From: Octopus sinensis
Lineage: Eukaryota
Assembly: GCF_006345805.1 (NCBI RefSeq)
Contig: NW_021832604.1
Span: 55,465 to 119,464, forward strand
Direction: 5' to 3'
DNA: 64,000 bases
The notes beneath the pieces were generated by a model. It saw only the letters and a list, made by a program, of their open reading frames with translations. It searched no databases and was not told the origin of the DNA. Position 1 is the stretch's first letter. Every line of letters begins with the position of its first letter. Position numbers and translations under genes: made by a program. Positions 49,793 through 62,519 of this stretch are shown piece after piece.

Positions 49793-52700
49793 TCATGAAA
49801 CCAAAATGAGGGATTTTGAGTGACACACTACAGTGACAGACATATAACCGATAAAGAGATCATTTTTCCATATACAGTAAAATCTTTCGAACCTGAAGGT
49901 TTTTGTGACCAGCCAAAAAATAAATGCATCATGAAAGAAACACACGACCACAAAATTCCGGCTGTGAATAACACGTAGGTGTTCAGAGTAACCGTACAAT
50001 TCAAGTCCATTGTACGCAGACCATTGGTCAGTGCATACAATTGAACGTGGACGAACATAACTCTGAATAAGGGGAATTAGAGTTTCTTGAGTTCGGTTGG
50101 GTACTTGGCAGAAAATTTTTTTTGGATGTCCCCTTTCATTTACCGACCACCTAATGACGCTCGTGCAACGGTCCCCGTGCATCATTTCGATGAAAATACT
50201 ATGTTTATACTTCAAAATAGATTGGCAACAAAGTAGCTGGGTCTATTCCTCAAAGAGAAACAGATTGGTCATACACACATTTATTTATCCAGCTCCAATC
50301 CACAGAAATGTGGGGGGAAGTGCAATTTGACATCAATGCGCACATTGGCAGATCATATCCCCAATAGAATGTTAAGTCCAGAAATTGGATTAGCGTAAGA
50401 TGGCTTTTAGGAAAAAAACTACGATCGGGTATTGATTTATACACTTTGCAAACTTTGCACCTCCATCTAGGCTTGTAGATTCCATTATTGTATAAAATGG
50501 TGACAATATTTTGTTTAGTGGTGTAAGGATGGTTGGTTTTTCTCAGTCTGGAAAAGTCATTTCCATGGACGCATCCACAGAATACCAAGTAAATGACGCT
50601 CAAGAAAATGTGGATTTGTCTGTCATGCTGTCTTATGGCTGTGCCCCTGTCAAATACAATGAAACTCAGCAGCTCTCGTCAACTTTGTTATCCTTAAAAG
50701 CTATTTGTGAGTCTATTGATTCGTCCAACCCAGGAGAGTGGATGTCATCTCTTTTGAACTATGTCAAAGATCGTCTCAAGCGAGTACCTAGGGGAGGGTG
50801 GCCACTTATGGCCAGCTATTTTAATTCTAAATTTGGTAAGAAAAAATCGATATTCGAATTGAAAAAACTTGCTACTACTTTCCGCGGAAATAATGAAATC
50901 ACCAAAACTGGACATAATATGAATAGAAAATTACCTGATTTGACACTGTACAACAAAATTTTGAAGAATTATTAATTCAAATTGATCAAAATAAATCAAT
51001 ACCAATCGAAGAAAGGAAGCAAACAAGAAAGATTCAATCTCAGCATGTAAATCATGAAGTGATTGAAATGATTAATAAAGCCCTAATTGAATACACGTCG
51101 AATAACATTCCTGCAAGTATTGAGGATATTTCGTCTTTGATATACTCAGCACAATGTGTATATCAAGATATCAAGTAAATTGACATTCAAGTCGAATTGG
51201 AAACAAAAAATCCAAAATAAAATTGAATCTTTGATGGAGAATGATCGGTTAATATCAAAGCATTTTATGTCCACCACTAAAGATGAGGAACGGAAGAAAG
51301 CAGTAGACATTCTCTGCTCCTACAATTATAAGAAGTCTAAAAGGGGGGTTTGAGAGAATATCGTCTACAATAAATGATCAAATCAAAATTCTAAACAAAA
51401 AGTTATCAGTTTCAGATTCAAGAAGGCAATATGGAATAGATAATAGAAACTTCGAGTTGAACAGAAGATCGTTCTACAGAAAGCTGAATCCCAATTCTGA
51501 TAACAAACAAATTGCTGGTTTTGACTCGTCTGAGTGTCTCAAGTTTTGGGGTGATGTTTGGAAGAAAAGGGATAAAACTGATTTGGGCCTTGGAGTGAAC
51601 AAAAGAGTAACTGGAGTGGAAGATAATGCACCTGACGTTAGCGACGAGTTTATATCAAACTTAATTGAGTACCTTCCTAATTGGAAGGCTCCGGGATGTG
51701 ATGCTGTGTACAATTTCTTTATCAAAAAGCTGGACTCTCTTCACAAATTTCTTTTCCAAGAGATCAGAAATATTATTAATGGTGTCAGTCAACCACAAGG
51801 ATGGTTTTACACTGGAATTACATTTTTAATCCCAAAGAAAGCAAACTCTGTTGATCCGAAGGACCTTAGACCAATTACATGCATGCCGTGCTTATATAAA
51901 TTGGTCACAAAATGTGTGAACGAAAAAATCGCTGTATATGCTGATACTTACGATCTGATAACGGAGTTCCAGTTGGGATCTAAACGCCATTGCCAAGGAG
52001 CAAAGGAATTAGCGCTTCTAAATAGACGCGTTAATGAAGTTTATGGAAACAAATTATTATGTGCATGGATCGACGTAAAGAAAGCTTTTGACTCAGTGAG
52101 TCACGAATTTCTTTTTGAAGTTTTGGAAAACTCAGGACTACCTAAATGGATAACGAAATTTATGATGTCAATAATTCCTAACTGGAGAGTGTCGTTAAGA
52201 TTAGGAAAAGAGCTGCTTGGAACAGTTAATATTGATCGTGGTATACTCCAAGGTGACTCACTGTCACCACAGTTATTTGTATTGGTCTTGGATCCATTAA
52301 GCAGGATTTTATCTTTAAAATATCCGAGTATGTCAATCAATACTGGTGAAGACAAGTCCTTAACCTTTTCTACCAATCATTTTCTATTCATCGATGATTT
52401 GAAGCTTTTTGCTCAGAAGGAAGAGACACTGGCACGCATGATGGAGGATGTGAACATTTACTTTAAACTGGCTGGTTTGGAGAAGAATTTTGAGAAATCA
52501 GCGACAAATTGTTATTTGTTGAGGAATGAAGCTACATTAATGGATGGACTAGATAGCTATCGCTATCTGGGGGTGCTAGAAGACAGATGCAGTAATGTTC
52601 TTAAAGAGGATGTACTCAAAAATATTAAAGAAGAAATGCAAAAGCGTATTGGAAGACTATCGGAAACTAAACTAAATGCAGTCAATCTATTTAGAGCAAT

Positions 52701-54133
52701 TAATGAGCATGCTCTATCGCTGATTAACTATTATATCGGTCTACTCGATCTGGAACCATCTTGTTTCGAAGAAATGGACAAGTTTGTCAGAAAGCTGTTG
52801 GCTGATTTGAAAATTCACATGAAGCCAGCCTGTAAAGAAAGACTGTATCTGCCAAGAGATACACTTGGAAGGGGACTTGTATCAGTTGCCTTTAAGGCGG
52901 AAAAAATGCTGTTGGACTTCAAAACCAATTTGGAAAGGCGAAAGTTAATCTCCTTGAGAAAAGCAGCAATTTTGTGGGCCGAACAGAAAAGGAAAACCCA
53001 TATGGCCACAATCACAGAATTCCTGCATTGTAAATATGGAACAACCACACTCGATGAGATTGCTAAATCACTACGTGACTTGCAGATAGAGTCACTGTTG
53101 CTTAGTATTAAAAAGAAAAGGTTGCATTCGAAGCTATTTGAGTCGCTTGAGAATAATACTTTTGATATCCCAACATCTTCAACATGGCTAAAGAAAGGGA
53201 ATATATCTCCTAAATCTGAGGCAATGTTCTCTTTTCTTCAAGACAAAAACGTCTTTTTCAGAAACTCTGATGAAAAATGCCCACATTGTAAATCCTCGCC
53301 TAAAACCGTGGACCATCTTGCGACGCAATGCAGTAGAATGCTAAATTCAGATTATACCAGAAGGCATAACGAGATTGTGAGGTGTGTTCACATGCACTTG
53401 TGTCGGAGATTTGGAATGAAGAAGTCCAAGAGACTGAAAAACCACTCCGTGCAGTGTATAATGTCGAATAGCTCTGCGGAAATTCGGGTCGATACTACAA
53501 TTCCAACTGAACTAAAAATACAATATAACAAGCCTGATATATTCCTGTATGACAAGAAGGAAAATTTGATATGGATCATTGAAGTGGGTGTTACCTCGAT
53601 AGATAATTTGAAATCGGTGGAAGTGGAAAAAATGCATAAATACGACATTCTAGCCAGTGAATTACAATTAATTCACAAGGCTAAGGTAAAGATTGTACCG
53701 ATTGTCCTCACGTGGGATGGGATAGTCTCTACATTCTTCAGAAAATATATGGACCTTCTTAAAATCAAAGAAAGTGTGCAAGCATACATCCAGACTGTTG
53801 GTTTGAAAAAAACAATGGAAAGCATGATAGTAGAACACAAATTTGGCTTCGAAAATATGTCTACCTCAGGTAACTCATTTGACGAAGACGGAAATCGGTG
53901 AAGAGACGGCGAGATTCTGTAGTTTCCGCCGATGAAGGAAACAACTCCGAAGTGGGAACAGATAGCGGGAAGAGGATTCCGAGAGTAAACTTGGCGGAGC
54001 AAACTAATATGGAAAAGGAAAGTTAATTAATTAAATTTCAAAATTGTGGACAATTTGATGGTGCTAATAAAGTATAAAATGGTGCAATTTATCGACAAGA
54101 ACTGCAAGCCATCGAGTTTGCTATCAGCCGGGG
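49793..54133 (-). mobile_element. Merlin transposase remnant: 49793-50502 plus a 5' piece at 54072-54133, split by an R4-like insertion and cut off by the telomeric tract
   Basis: After removing the insertion and a 54-nt GT-AG intron it reads PADSKLDGLQWRCKVCKVYKSIPDRSFFPKSHLTLIQFLDLTFYW; later VPNRTQETLIPLI..IVCTDQWSAYNGL..HSRNFV. Confidence 0.85.
50503..54071 (+). mobile_element. Near full-length R4/Dong-like RLE non-LTR retrotransposon (3569 bp) with 13-bp TSD
   Basis: 814-aa RT-CCHC-REL ORF (51457-53901). Upstream coding region broken by frameshifts. TSD GTATAAAATGGTG at 50490-50502 and 54072-54084; element ends in AATAAA. Confidence 0.93.
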
Positions 54134-54725
54134 TAGGGTTAGGGTTAGAATTAGGGTAGGGTAAGGGTTAATGTTAGGGATAGGGTTAAATTTAGGGTTT
54201 CGGTTAGGGATAGGGTTAGAGTTAGGGTTAAGGGTTAGGGTTTCGGTTAGGGATAGGGTTAGAGTTAGGGATAGGGTTAAGGTTAGGGTTTCGGTTAGGG
54301 ATAGGGTTAGAGTTAGGGATAGGGTTAAGGGTTAGGGTTTCGGTTAGGGATAGGGTTAGAGTTAGGGATAGGGTTAAGGGTTAGGGTTAGGGTTTCGGTT
54401 AGGGATAGGGTTAGAGTTAGGGATAGGGTTAGGGTTAGGGTTAGGGTTTCGGTTAGGGATAGGGTTAGAGTTAGGGATAGGGTTAAGGGTTAGGGTTTCG
54501 GTTAGGGATAGGGTTAGAGTTAGGGATAGGGTTAAGGGTTAGGGTTAGGGTTTCGGTTAGGGATAGGGTTAGAGTTAGGGATAGGGTTAAAAGTTAGGGT
54601 TAGGGTTAGGGTTAGGGTTAGGGTTAGAGTTAGGGTTAGGGTTAGGGTTAGGGTTAGAGTTAGGGTTAGGGTTAGGGTTAGGGTTAGGGTTAGGGTTAGG
54701 GTTAGGGTTAGGGTTAGGGTTAGGG
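54131..54725 (+). repeat. Telomeric (TTAGGG)n tract: degenerate start, 8 higher-order variant units, ~130 bp of almost pure repeat
   Basis: Read directly; variants TTTCGG, ATAGGG, TTAGAG, TTAAGGG. Confidence 0.98.
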
Positions 54726-56696
54726 AGGCCGCCTCGAGTACTAAACTTTTACCAAAAAGTAAACAAACAGAGCACATGGAGGCTGGAACCGACTTTAGAG
54801 CAAATACAGGTCCTTTTGTATTCTTCAAATCTCCAAAAATTTGTGAAATTAAGCCGAGAGCACAGTCCAATTCCAAACAAACGTGTGCATCAATGGCTAG
54901 GCAAACTAAGGACGAGTAATAAACCTGCATAAATCAGTTGGGAATCACGGAGAGGTCGTCTAGTCCAATCTGAAAGACATTCCGACTTGTCAATTTGACG
55001 TCCAAGAACTCGGTAACACAGCCCATTTAATCCAGAAACTTTTCCCGTGTCTGCACTCCACTTGATATTTAGGATGGTCGGCAGATGACGGTCAGGGTAG
55101 ACCTTCACTGTATTAATAAATTTGACATGCCTCTTTGAAACAAGAAAGCATGTCTTTGAGTGATTCTGGGAAGGATGCAGAGTTGGCTCGAACAATGTGG
55201 GCGACATCTTCTTTGATAGAGTAACCTGTCAATATAAGAATCTGATGCCACCTATTTTTGTGATTCCTCGTTGTAGATTATGTGCGACATGAAAAGTTCC
55301 CAAGAAGCATGTTGGCGGGATAGGGAGCATAGATCCAAGACAAAGACTCTTTTCCCAGTAGCTAACTGCATCACAGCAGAGCAAACGTCGCCGCATCCCA
55401 TGAATCAAGGGCGAATTCACTGTCGAAACCAATTTTTCTACAATTCTGAAAATAACAAAACACGACAACATTCGAAATAAAATAAGTGATATTCTCCAAT
55501 TGTTCAGAGGTATTGACAAATTCAATGCTAACATCGGCCGGGAGAACATAAAAATCTGCAGGCGGACGGACTTTCCTCTAAAAATAAGCATCAGGTCGAC
55601 AACCAAATGTTCATATTTTGTTGAATCCGCTCTATCAAAATGTTCTAAAAACAATCCCCACATTCTTCTGAGTTCAGGAACCGCATCTTCAACCAAAAAT
55701 ATTGAAGTCTCGCATTAATTTTTTACGCGGAAACACATTCTCCCCATTCATAAAAAGTACTGCATTTAACAAAATCAAAATACTGCGATATTGTCCAAAA
55801 GTGCTTCCAGACTGACTGATTTCTAGAGCGTGTAAATAAAGGAAATACTTCTGGGGAATCCATGTAGTGGTTCTTCAGTAGGAACCGAATACGGCCGTTG
55901 AAACACTGCAGAACCATGTTTGGATGACTTTCTTAATAATATTTATTTAGGGACTAACCAGGGGGAAATCGATATTTGCGAATAATATTTCTTAACAAAT
56001 TGGTAAAGATAATTTTCCGTATTTTCTCGAGTTTCCGATGGGTTTGATTTCTGTCAAATTATTTAAAAGGAAACTTGATCAACTGACAGTCCAAAAACGT
56101 CACCACTGATCTCTGCAAATGGGGAATATCTGCAATCATAGTGATTATCAAATCAGTTTGGTTTGAAAGAAGCAGATTCACTACCACCTAACTAACTCAA
56201 AAACCGTTCACCTCCTCTAAAAGCAGGTTGTCTCTGTTCCTGCTAAGTTTTATTGCCCTGCTCGCCTGAAATAAAATCTAATTATATTTACAGCGATGAA
56301 ATCATTTTCTTTAATTAGTTTGGAAATAACGGAGGAGGAATCTTGATTTCTCAAGGATGAAAAATCGAGGAATTGTGACGAAAACTCTGCCAGGTTTTTC
56401 GACTTGGAAAGAAGACCAAGTCCCCTAGATAAGTCTGAGGGACTGATCTTGGCGGTTATAATTGGGCGTTGTTTAAAATAATTAAGTAATGTAAACATTT
56501 GTTGAGTGTTAAGCTGGTTTTTCTCTACTAAAGTAACTTGAGAAAGTATACGAGGCTGACTGTTTGAGGATTCGAGTAAATCAAATATCAATTTGAATGG
56601 TTCGCTGGTTTTCCCGAATAAAATTTCCAAGTATTCTGAACTGAAACAGGTGTTTCTTAAATCAGACAACACGTACAAATAGTTAAATCTATCCAT
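54726..56696 (-). pseudogene. EXD3: EXD3 second copy, 3'-truncated by the telomeric tract, with apparent frameshifts
   Basis: Same exons as copy 1 down to YSRRP, then CCC TAA. One-nt deletions relative to copy 1 near 55265 and 55403 shift the exonuclease frame. Confidence 0.8.
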
Positions 56697-57617
56697 GTGT
56701 TTCACGCTCACAAAAAATTATATTTAAATATGTATTAATTACATCAATATTGTTGAATAATTTGATGAGCTTTCAGACGTCATGTTTTATGACAAAACTC
56801 AGACGGCGGGAAAACACGTGGTTGGGATGTAAGAAGAAATTTCTTTGTATTCTCTCGAATCATCGAATGCAGTAATTATTCACGAATATGCGAATGAACT
56901 ATTTTCGCATCCGATTGGCCCATCCAACTATGTGAACATTGAACAGGTAAATTCTGGCAGTTTATACTACTGTTTTCACAAATATATACTCTATTATATA
57001 GAAATGAAACTCCGGAGCCACTTTTTGGACGACGGTTTTTCCAATCAACACCCTGAAATAGATTTGCGCATGTCAAGTTTGGAGGAAAAAGGCTGGGAGG
57101 AATACATGGAATACTATTTTCGATACCCAGAGGGTGTTGCCATGGACGGAAAACTCAAGAAATTTTCCAAGTCAGTATAAAAAAGAATTTATTTGAGCAA
57201 TAAACTAAAGAAATATAAACTGGTTGAGTAATTGACATTTCATGTGTTCTAATACAGGAGGATTTTTAGGCTTGTAAATGAGTGGGAGTAGCAGGAATAT
57301 CAAGTTTTTAAGGAACAACCAAACAGACGCTTAGGAAATTTATTTGGAATCAACTCTGTCGTGGAAAATATATTCCAAAACAATTCCTTTTCCTAGAAAA
57401 TCAAAAAATCTTGGTTTATATTCCTTTACAGTACTAAATTGGAATTTTACTAGGTCATTACAATGTATTACATAACCTGGGATAAATAGAAATGATAATC
57501 ATTACATAAATTGTGACTAATATTATTCCGATTTGTCATCTTATTTTAAGTATTTGTTTGAAATAAAATTACAAATTGAGCGAAATCTTGATAAAGATTT
57601 ATATTAAGTGTTGGCAT

Positions 57618-58447
57618 CGATGTCTCGATACTTTCCAAACGGGGTCCCTCAAGGCTCCCCCCTTTCACCAGCCCTGTTCAACTTATTCTTATCGGATCTA
57701 CCGCTACCAAACGACAAAGACTCAATCATTTTATCATACGCTGACGATATCGTAATTGTTACCCGGAGCCGTGAGGTGAACACGGCGAGCACAAAACTGC
57801 AGAACCACCTTAACAATCTCGAAAGTTGGCTCTCGCTAAACCGACTATCAACGAGTCCGGAAAAATCGGTCACCACGCTTATGACCTCAGCAAGGAAGCT
57901 TGGGAAAACGGTGGTGAACCTGTACCTAAATAATATGGAAATCCCGTTTCAAAAATCTCAGAAAATCCTCGGGGTGACTTACGACAGTCATATGTGTTTC
58001 TCTCAACAAGTCGATAATATTACTACAAGGTGCATGAAGAAACTGAACATCTTGAAAGTGTTTCTTCGTAAATGCAGACAGTGTATCAGCTTCCCCGCAC
58101 GACAAGCCTTATACCGGCAATTCATCGAACCCTCCCTTAGCTATGCTTTTGAGGCGTGGGGAGGGTCTATCAGTGGAACGAACCGCGCTAAAATCGAGAA
58201 AACTCAAGATCGCTTCCGAAAAGCACTGCAGGGACCGAACGAACATCTACTCATCCCCCATTTAAAGAAATCTTGAGAAGAAACCTCGGGGATACAGGGC
58301 CTAAAACACCACCACCGCGCCCTCGCAGAAATTGTGCCGAGACAAGGGAGGAGCACCGGTCAAAGTTGAGGACCCTCCTCAGAGAAGCCGGGATCACCTG
58401 ATTAATTAGTTTTATGTTTTGGACGGTGATCTTGGTTCTAATAATAA
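57618..58447 (+). mobile_element. Duplicate of LINE fragment 37187-38015
   Basis: Identical apart from one extra G near 58160. Confidence 0.9.
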
Positions 58448-58709
58448 TAAGTGTTGGCATGATTAATTGAGTCACGAAGCACTCACTCGAGCTTATATTC
58501 AGCCTGTGGGTATCGGGAAAACATCCGAGCGTATGCGTTCAAATCATAAGTTTGGAGTGATCCCATCGGAATAATGCCCAAAGTCTCGGTCGAAAAATGT
58601 AGCAACGGAGGAATGTTTGCCGAGTGTGACCACTGAGCCAAACTTGAAACAGAAGAGGTCGAAAACATGTAACAGAACAAATAATTTAGTGGTTAAATGT
58701 AAGTACATG

Positions 58710-59992
58710 TTAGTGCCAGTCAAGATTGATCTTGAAGAAAGCGAAAGGATAATAATCTGCTTGCCCGGCCAACTTTATCTGCGTCTCGTCAACCTTTTCA
58801 TTAGAAATGAAATTCTCGTCGAGCCCCGAATACAAATCAAAGAGCACAGTCTTTAACTTTTTGGCAGTTTTTGTAGTCGGATGAAGGACAGTCAGCAGCA
58901 ACTGGTTGGGAATGCCATACCCGTCATTAATCAGGAAACACTACCTAAGCACGGATTCAGTGAAAATGCGGAGGATTTTTATGTGGACAAGCGCGGAAAA
59001 AGCTTCACTAAAATTGATCCTGAGCCAATTAGTCAACGGTCTCTGAACAGATGGAGAGGTGGAATGTTACAATAAGAGCGGCCTGTCTCTCCTCCAAAGT
59101 AGCCAAGCTATTTCGGTGATTCGCGGCATCCTCACGTCGATACTCAAACTCGCGGACTATGAATTTTCTTGCTCTGCACTTTGACTTGAAATCGTCGACG
59201 ACAGTTCTGAAGAGAGTGACAGAATACAGCATATTGTCGTCCTCCTGGAGAATCAACCTGAAGGATGTGAACACTACACATACACCGCGAGGAATCGGGG
59301 ACCACCATGTCTGTCAGACTGGCATATGAGTTGAGCCATGCAGCCGAATTGTTTTTGTTGATCACGACGATGAGAGTCACCAAATACTCAGAGTCCAATA
59401 CCAAATCCTCTTCGGAAAGGACATCGTAGAGACTCCGGGACATGAGACCGGCAGTAGCCTTCCTTCGATGTTCTTCCAGACTCGTCTTGACCTTATTGTA
59501 TTCCCCTCCCCGGTTTTTGAGTTCTCCTTCGATATAGTATATCTCCTGTTGTTCGTACTACTATACTTACTTTCTCCAGTAACTCTTTCATTTGACTTGT
59601 ATTCACTTTTAAGGGATATTTGGCATGGTTCCATGAGAATTGTCCGACAAATGCACCCAAACGCACTACAACGTGAGTCCTAGTCCAACCCCCCTCCACC
59701 ATCAGTCCATCCTCCTCTCCTAGAGTGTTCAACAAGTCTCCCAACCGACGGACGACACTAAACTAAACACACAGGATACTTCTCGCACTGAGTGTCCACT
59801 CGAGCCAAATCGTCCAAAAGTAGCAATAATTCGTCAAGACTCCCGAACTAAGATTAGCCTTGCTTTTAGCACTTTGAAATTCGGAATATCCAGCTTGTGC
59901 ACTGACGACAATTTCTTATTTTCAATTTTCTCCTTTTGGTCGGAAAGAGTTTGATCATACATGGGCACGGAGACTAACCAATATTCGGACAT
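58710..59992 (-). CDS. ATP6V1C: V-ATPase subunit C, second copy
   Basis: ORF translations identical to 38278-39560. Confidence 0.9.
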
Positions 59993-60176
59993 TCCACCAA
60001 TAGAGACCACAGAAAAATATTTTTAAATTTTATCAAAGCACAATTATAAATTGAGGATTTAATTAATGATTTAATTCTCATTTATTAGTAAAAAATAAAA
60101 TTCGTTCTCATAGATGCATTGGTGGGTTCCATCCCGACGGACAGCTGTTAAATAAGTGTTGGGCAATCAAAGACTC

Positions 60177-62152
60177 TTATCTTTTTAGATTAACACATTT
60201 TATCCACGAGGTAAAACTCACCGCTGAACTGTCGTTGTTTAAGTGATATCTCGGATATTGAATATTCGACAATATTCTAATTTTTAAAATAAATATAATT
60301 TTTCCACAAATAAGAGAAATGGAAATTAGAATTTGATCATTTGAGAGTATTAACATTGCGAATAGGCTTATCCGTAATCCTGATACTTCGCACATATCGG
60401 GAGGATGTTTTGAACTCCGAAGTTACGTTGTTTCTGTTTCCGTGTTGCCGAAGTCGATAAATACTCCTGCTCTGCCGATAACTCTTTTTGAACGAATCGC
60501 ATATATTTTTACAAGTCACATTCATGCATTCAATATTTTCTACAATGTGGAGAATCATGCGAACCTATTTCCAATTCGTCCGAAATTTCATCGTCTTGAG
60601 TTTCATCAAAATCTATTTTGCAAGAAAATAAAAAAACAATCGAGGAATATATCATCGGATTGTATTTCGCTTGCGAATGCTCGTTTTCTGTAGTCCACGG
60701 TGAATCCTCGCAGAAGAAAGTCCTTCAACTTGTGAGAAATGTTTTCGGGGATATCAGCCAACGGAGGAGAGTGATTGGCGATCTATCATCACACAAGAGG
60801 GAATACAATATATTGTAGGGTCTCGATGTGTTTGCATCGTCTCTCCCATGGATGTGAGCCCGACAGTAAATTGAGCAGAAAACAGGTCGCGGCCCAAACG
60901 TCACTTCTGTAGTCAAACGGCTCATTCCGGGCAACCTGAATAACCGCGAGTAAATACCTCGGGACTCCAATGAGTGGGAGTCCCCGTGATTATCCCAACG
61001 TTTTCAATGACGGTCTCGCCATTTGGGATCCTCCTAGCAAGTCCAAGGTCGATGATTACAAGACGAAGTCCGTCTGCTGAAACCATCACGTTCGAGGCTG
61101 ATGTTTATGATGGTTACAGACCTTTGATGTCGCAGTGGACTATGGATAAACTTTGAAGATATTCCAATGCGGAAAATATTTCCAATGCATAGTAGAGAGC
61201 CTGATATTCTTCCAGGTGGGAAATTGATTTTATTAACTGACTCATGGGGATTCCGTCTATGTACTCCATCAGGATGTAGAGATGACACTCTGCCCGAATA
61301 ATTCCATATATTTTTATTATATTTTCGTGCCACAATTGATAGGAAATTTCCAATTCTTCCGCGTTGAAACGACTCATCTCAGTCTATCACAATCAAACAA
61401 ATTCTCAACTTTCTTGACTGCGAATATTTTGTTATTCAAAATATCCTGCGCGAGATACACCGTTCCTTGAGAACCCACTCCCAGTTTGCGGATATACTTA
61501 AAATCCACGTTCGGATAATATTTATTATTTTGTGGCTTGATGTCCGTCACAAAGATTACTCCCTCGTGGCCTTGGAGACATCCTTCGCATTCATCCGAGA
61601 TTTGGACATGCTGCAGTTCACTCCACATGTTAATGTAGTCCTTCAAAACTAAAGTGCTCTAACAATCCGGGTTTACCAGAAGGTTGCTTGGAAATGACTC
61701 CGCTGTTAAATATGTCATAAAAGCCACAAAACACATCATTTTTGTAATTCTATCAAATCCTCAATATCAGATTTCACGTATAAAATTTACCAGCGTTTCT
61801 GAGTGGGTTTTCACCGATTTTTGACAATTCAATTCCTAGAATTAAGAATTCATCGAATTCCATTAAGAACCTGTTTCCTGTCTGTCTTTTTTCTGAAAGA
61901 TCTTTCGAATGAATTCCATTTTTCTAATATGAAATTCAATTTGGAATCTTACTTATCTTGAGTCCAACATCAAATTTAGAAACATGTCTTCGAATAATTT
62001 TGTTCAATAAATTTCGTAGCATTTGTAGTACAAATTTTAATCCAAAGCGGTGATGATGTGAAGTTCCTACATTTGAGTAGGAAATATTCAATACCTTTGT
62101 TCTTTGAATGTTTAATGCTTTTAGTAATGTTTAGTTTACGTGAATAATTCAT
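60177..62152 (-). CDS. MAP3K14: MAP3K14/MAP3K8-like kinase, second copy
   Basis: ORF translations identical to 39745-41720. Confidence 0.6.
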
Positions 62153-62519
62153 GGCTTATAAATATGAAATGAGATTAATTTATATTTATTTTAAAATACA
62201 TAAAATATATTAAAATAAAAATATCTAAAATAAAAATAGTTTTTAAATTATCTTAACGTTTTTTATATATTTTTGAGTTAAATTCAGTCATGTTTTGAGA
62301 ACTCAGACAGTTTCTTCTTATCGAGGTAGCGTTTCTTTGAAGAATGTGAGAGAGACTTTTTGTGGCAAAGTATAATCATCTAAATTTAATATACAATGTA
62401 ACTTTAAAGAATATGTTAAATTGAAAAAGAATTTTCAAAGGAATAAATTAGTTAATGAGGAAATTAATAAATGATAAATAGTTTGCATGTTCTTTTTTCA
62501 CTTTCTTTGCAACACTTGT

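Noticed and set aside
50503-54140. R4-like element as a telomere-targeting retrotransposon (SART/TRAS-like)
   Set aside because: Its 13-bp TSD shows insertion into a Merlin intron, not into TTAGGG; about 60 bp of Merlin separates it from the repeats.
54131-54600. CRISPR-like array
   Set aside because: No unique spacers; units are telomere variants in a eukaryotic context.
54131-54725. Tract as the left telomere of the downstream copy
   Set aside because: A left end would read (CCCTAA)n on plus, with variants next to the unique DNA; both polarity and gradient are opposite.
54532-54930. ORF ending in a long (Leu-Thr)n run, suggesting an EXD3-telomere dipeptide fusion protein
   Set aside because: That frame ignores a 28-nt intron required to reach MUT7-C in copy 1. 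In the spliced frame the repeats read CCC TAA (stop). It would arise only by intron retention.
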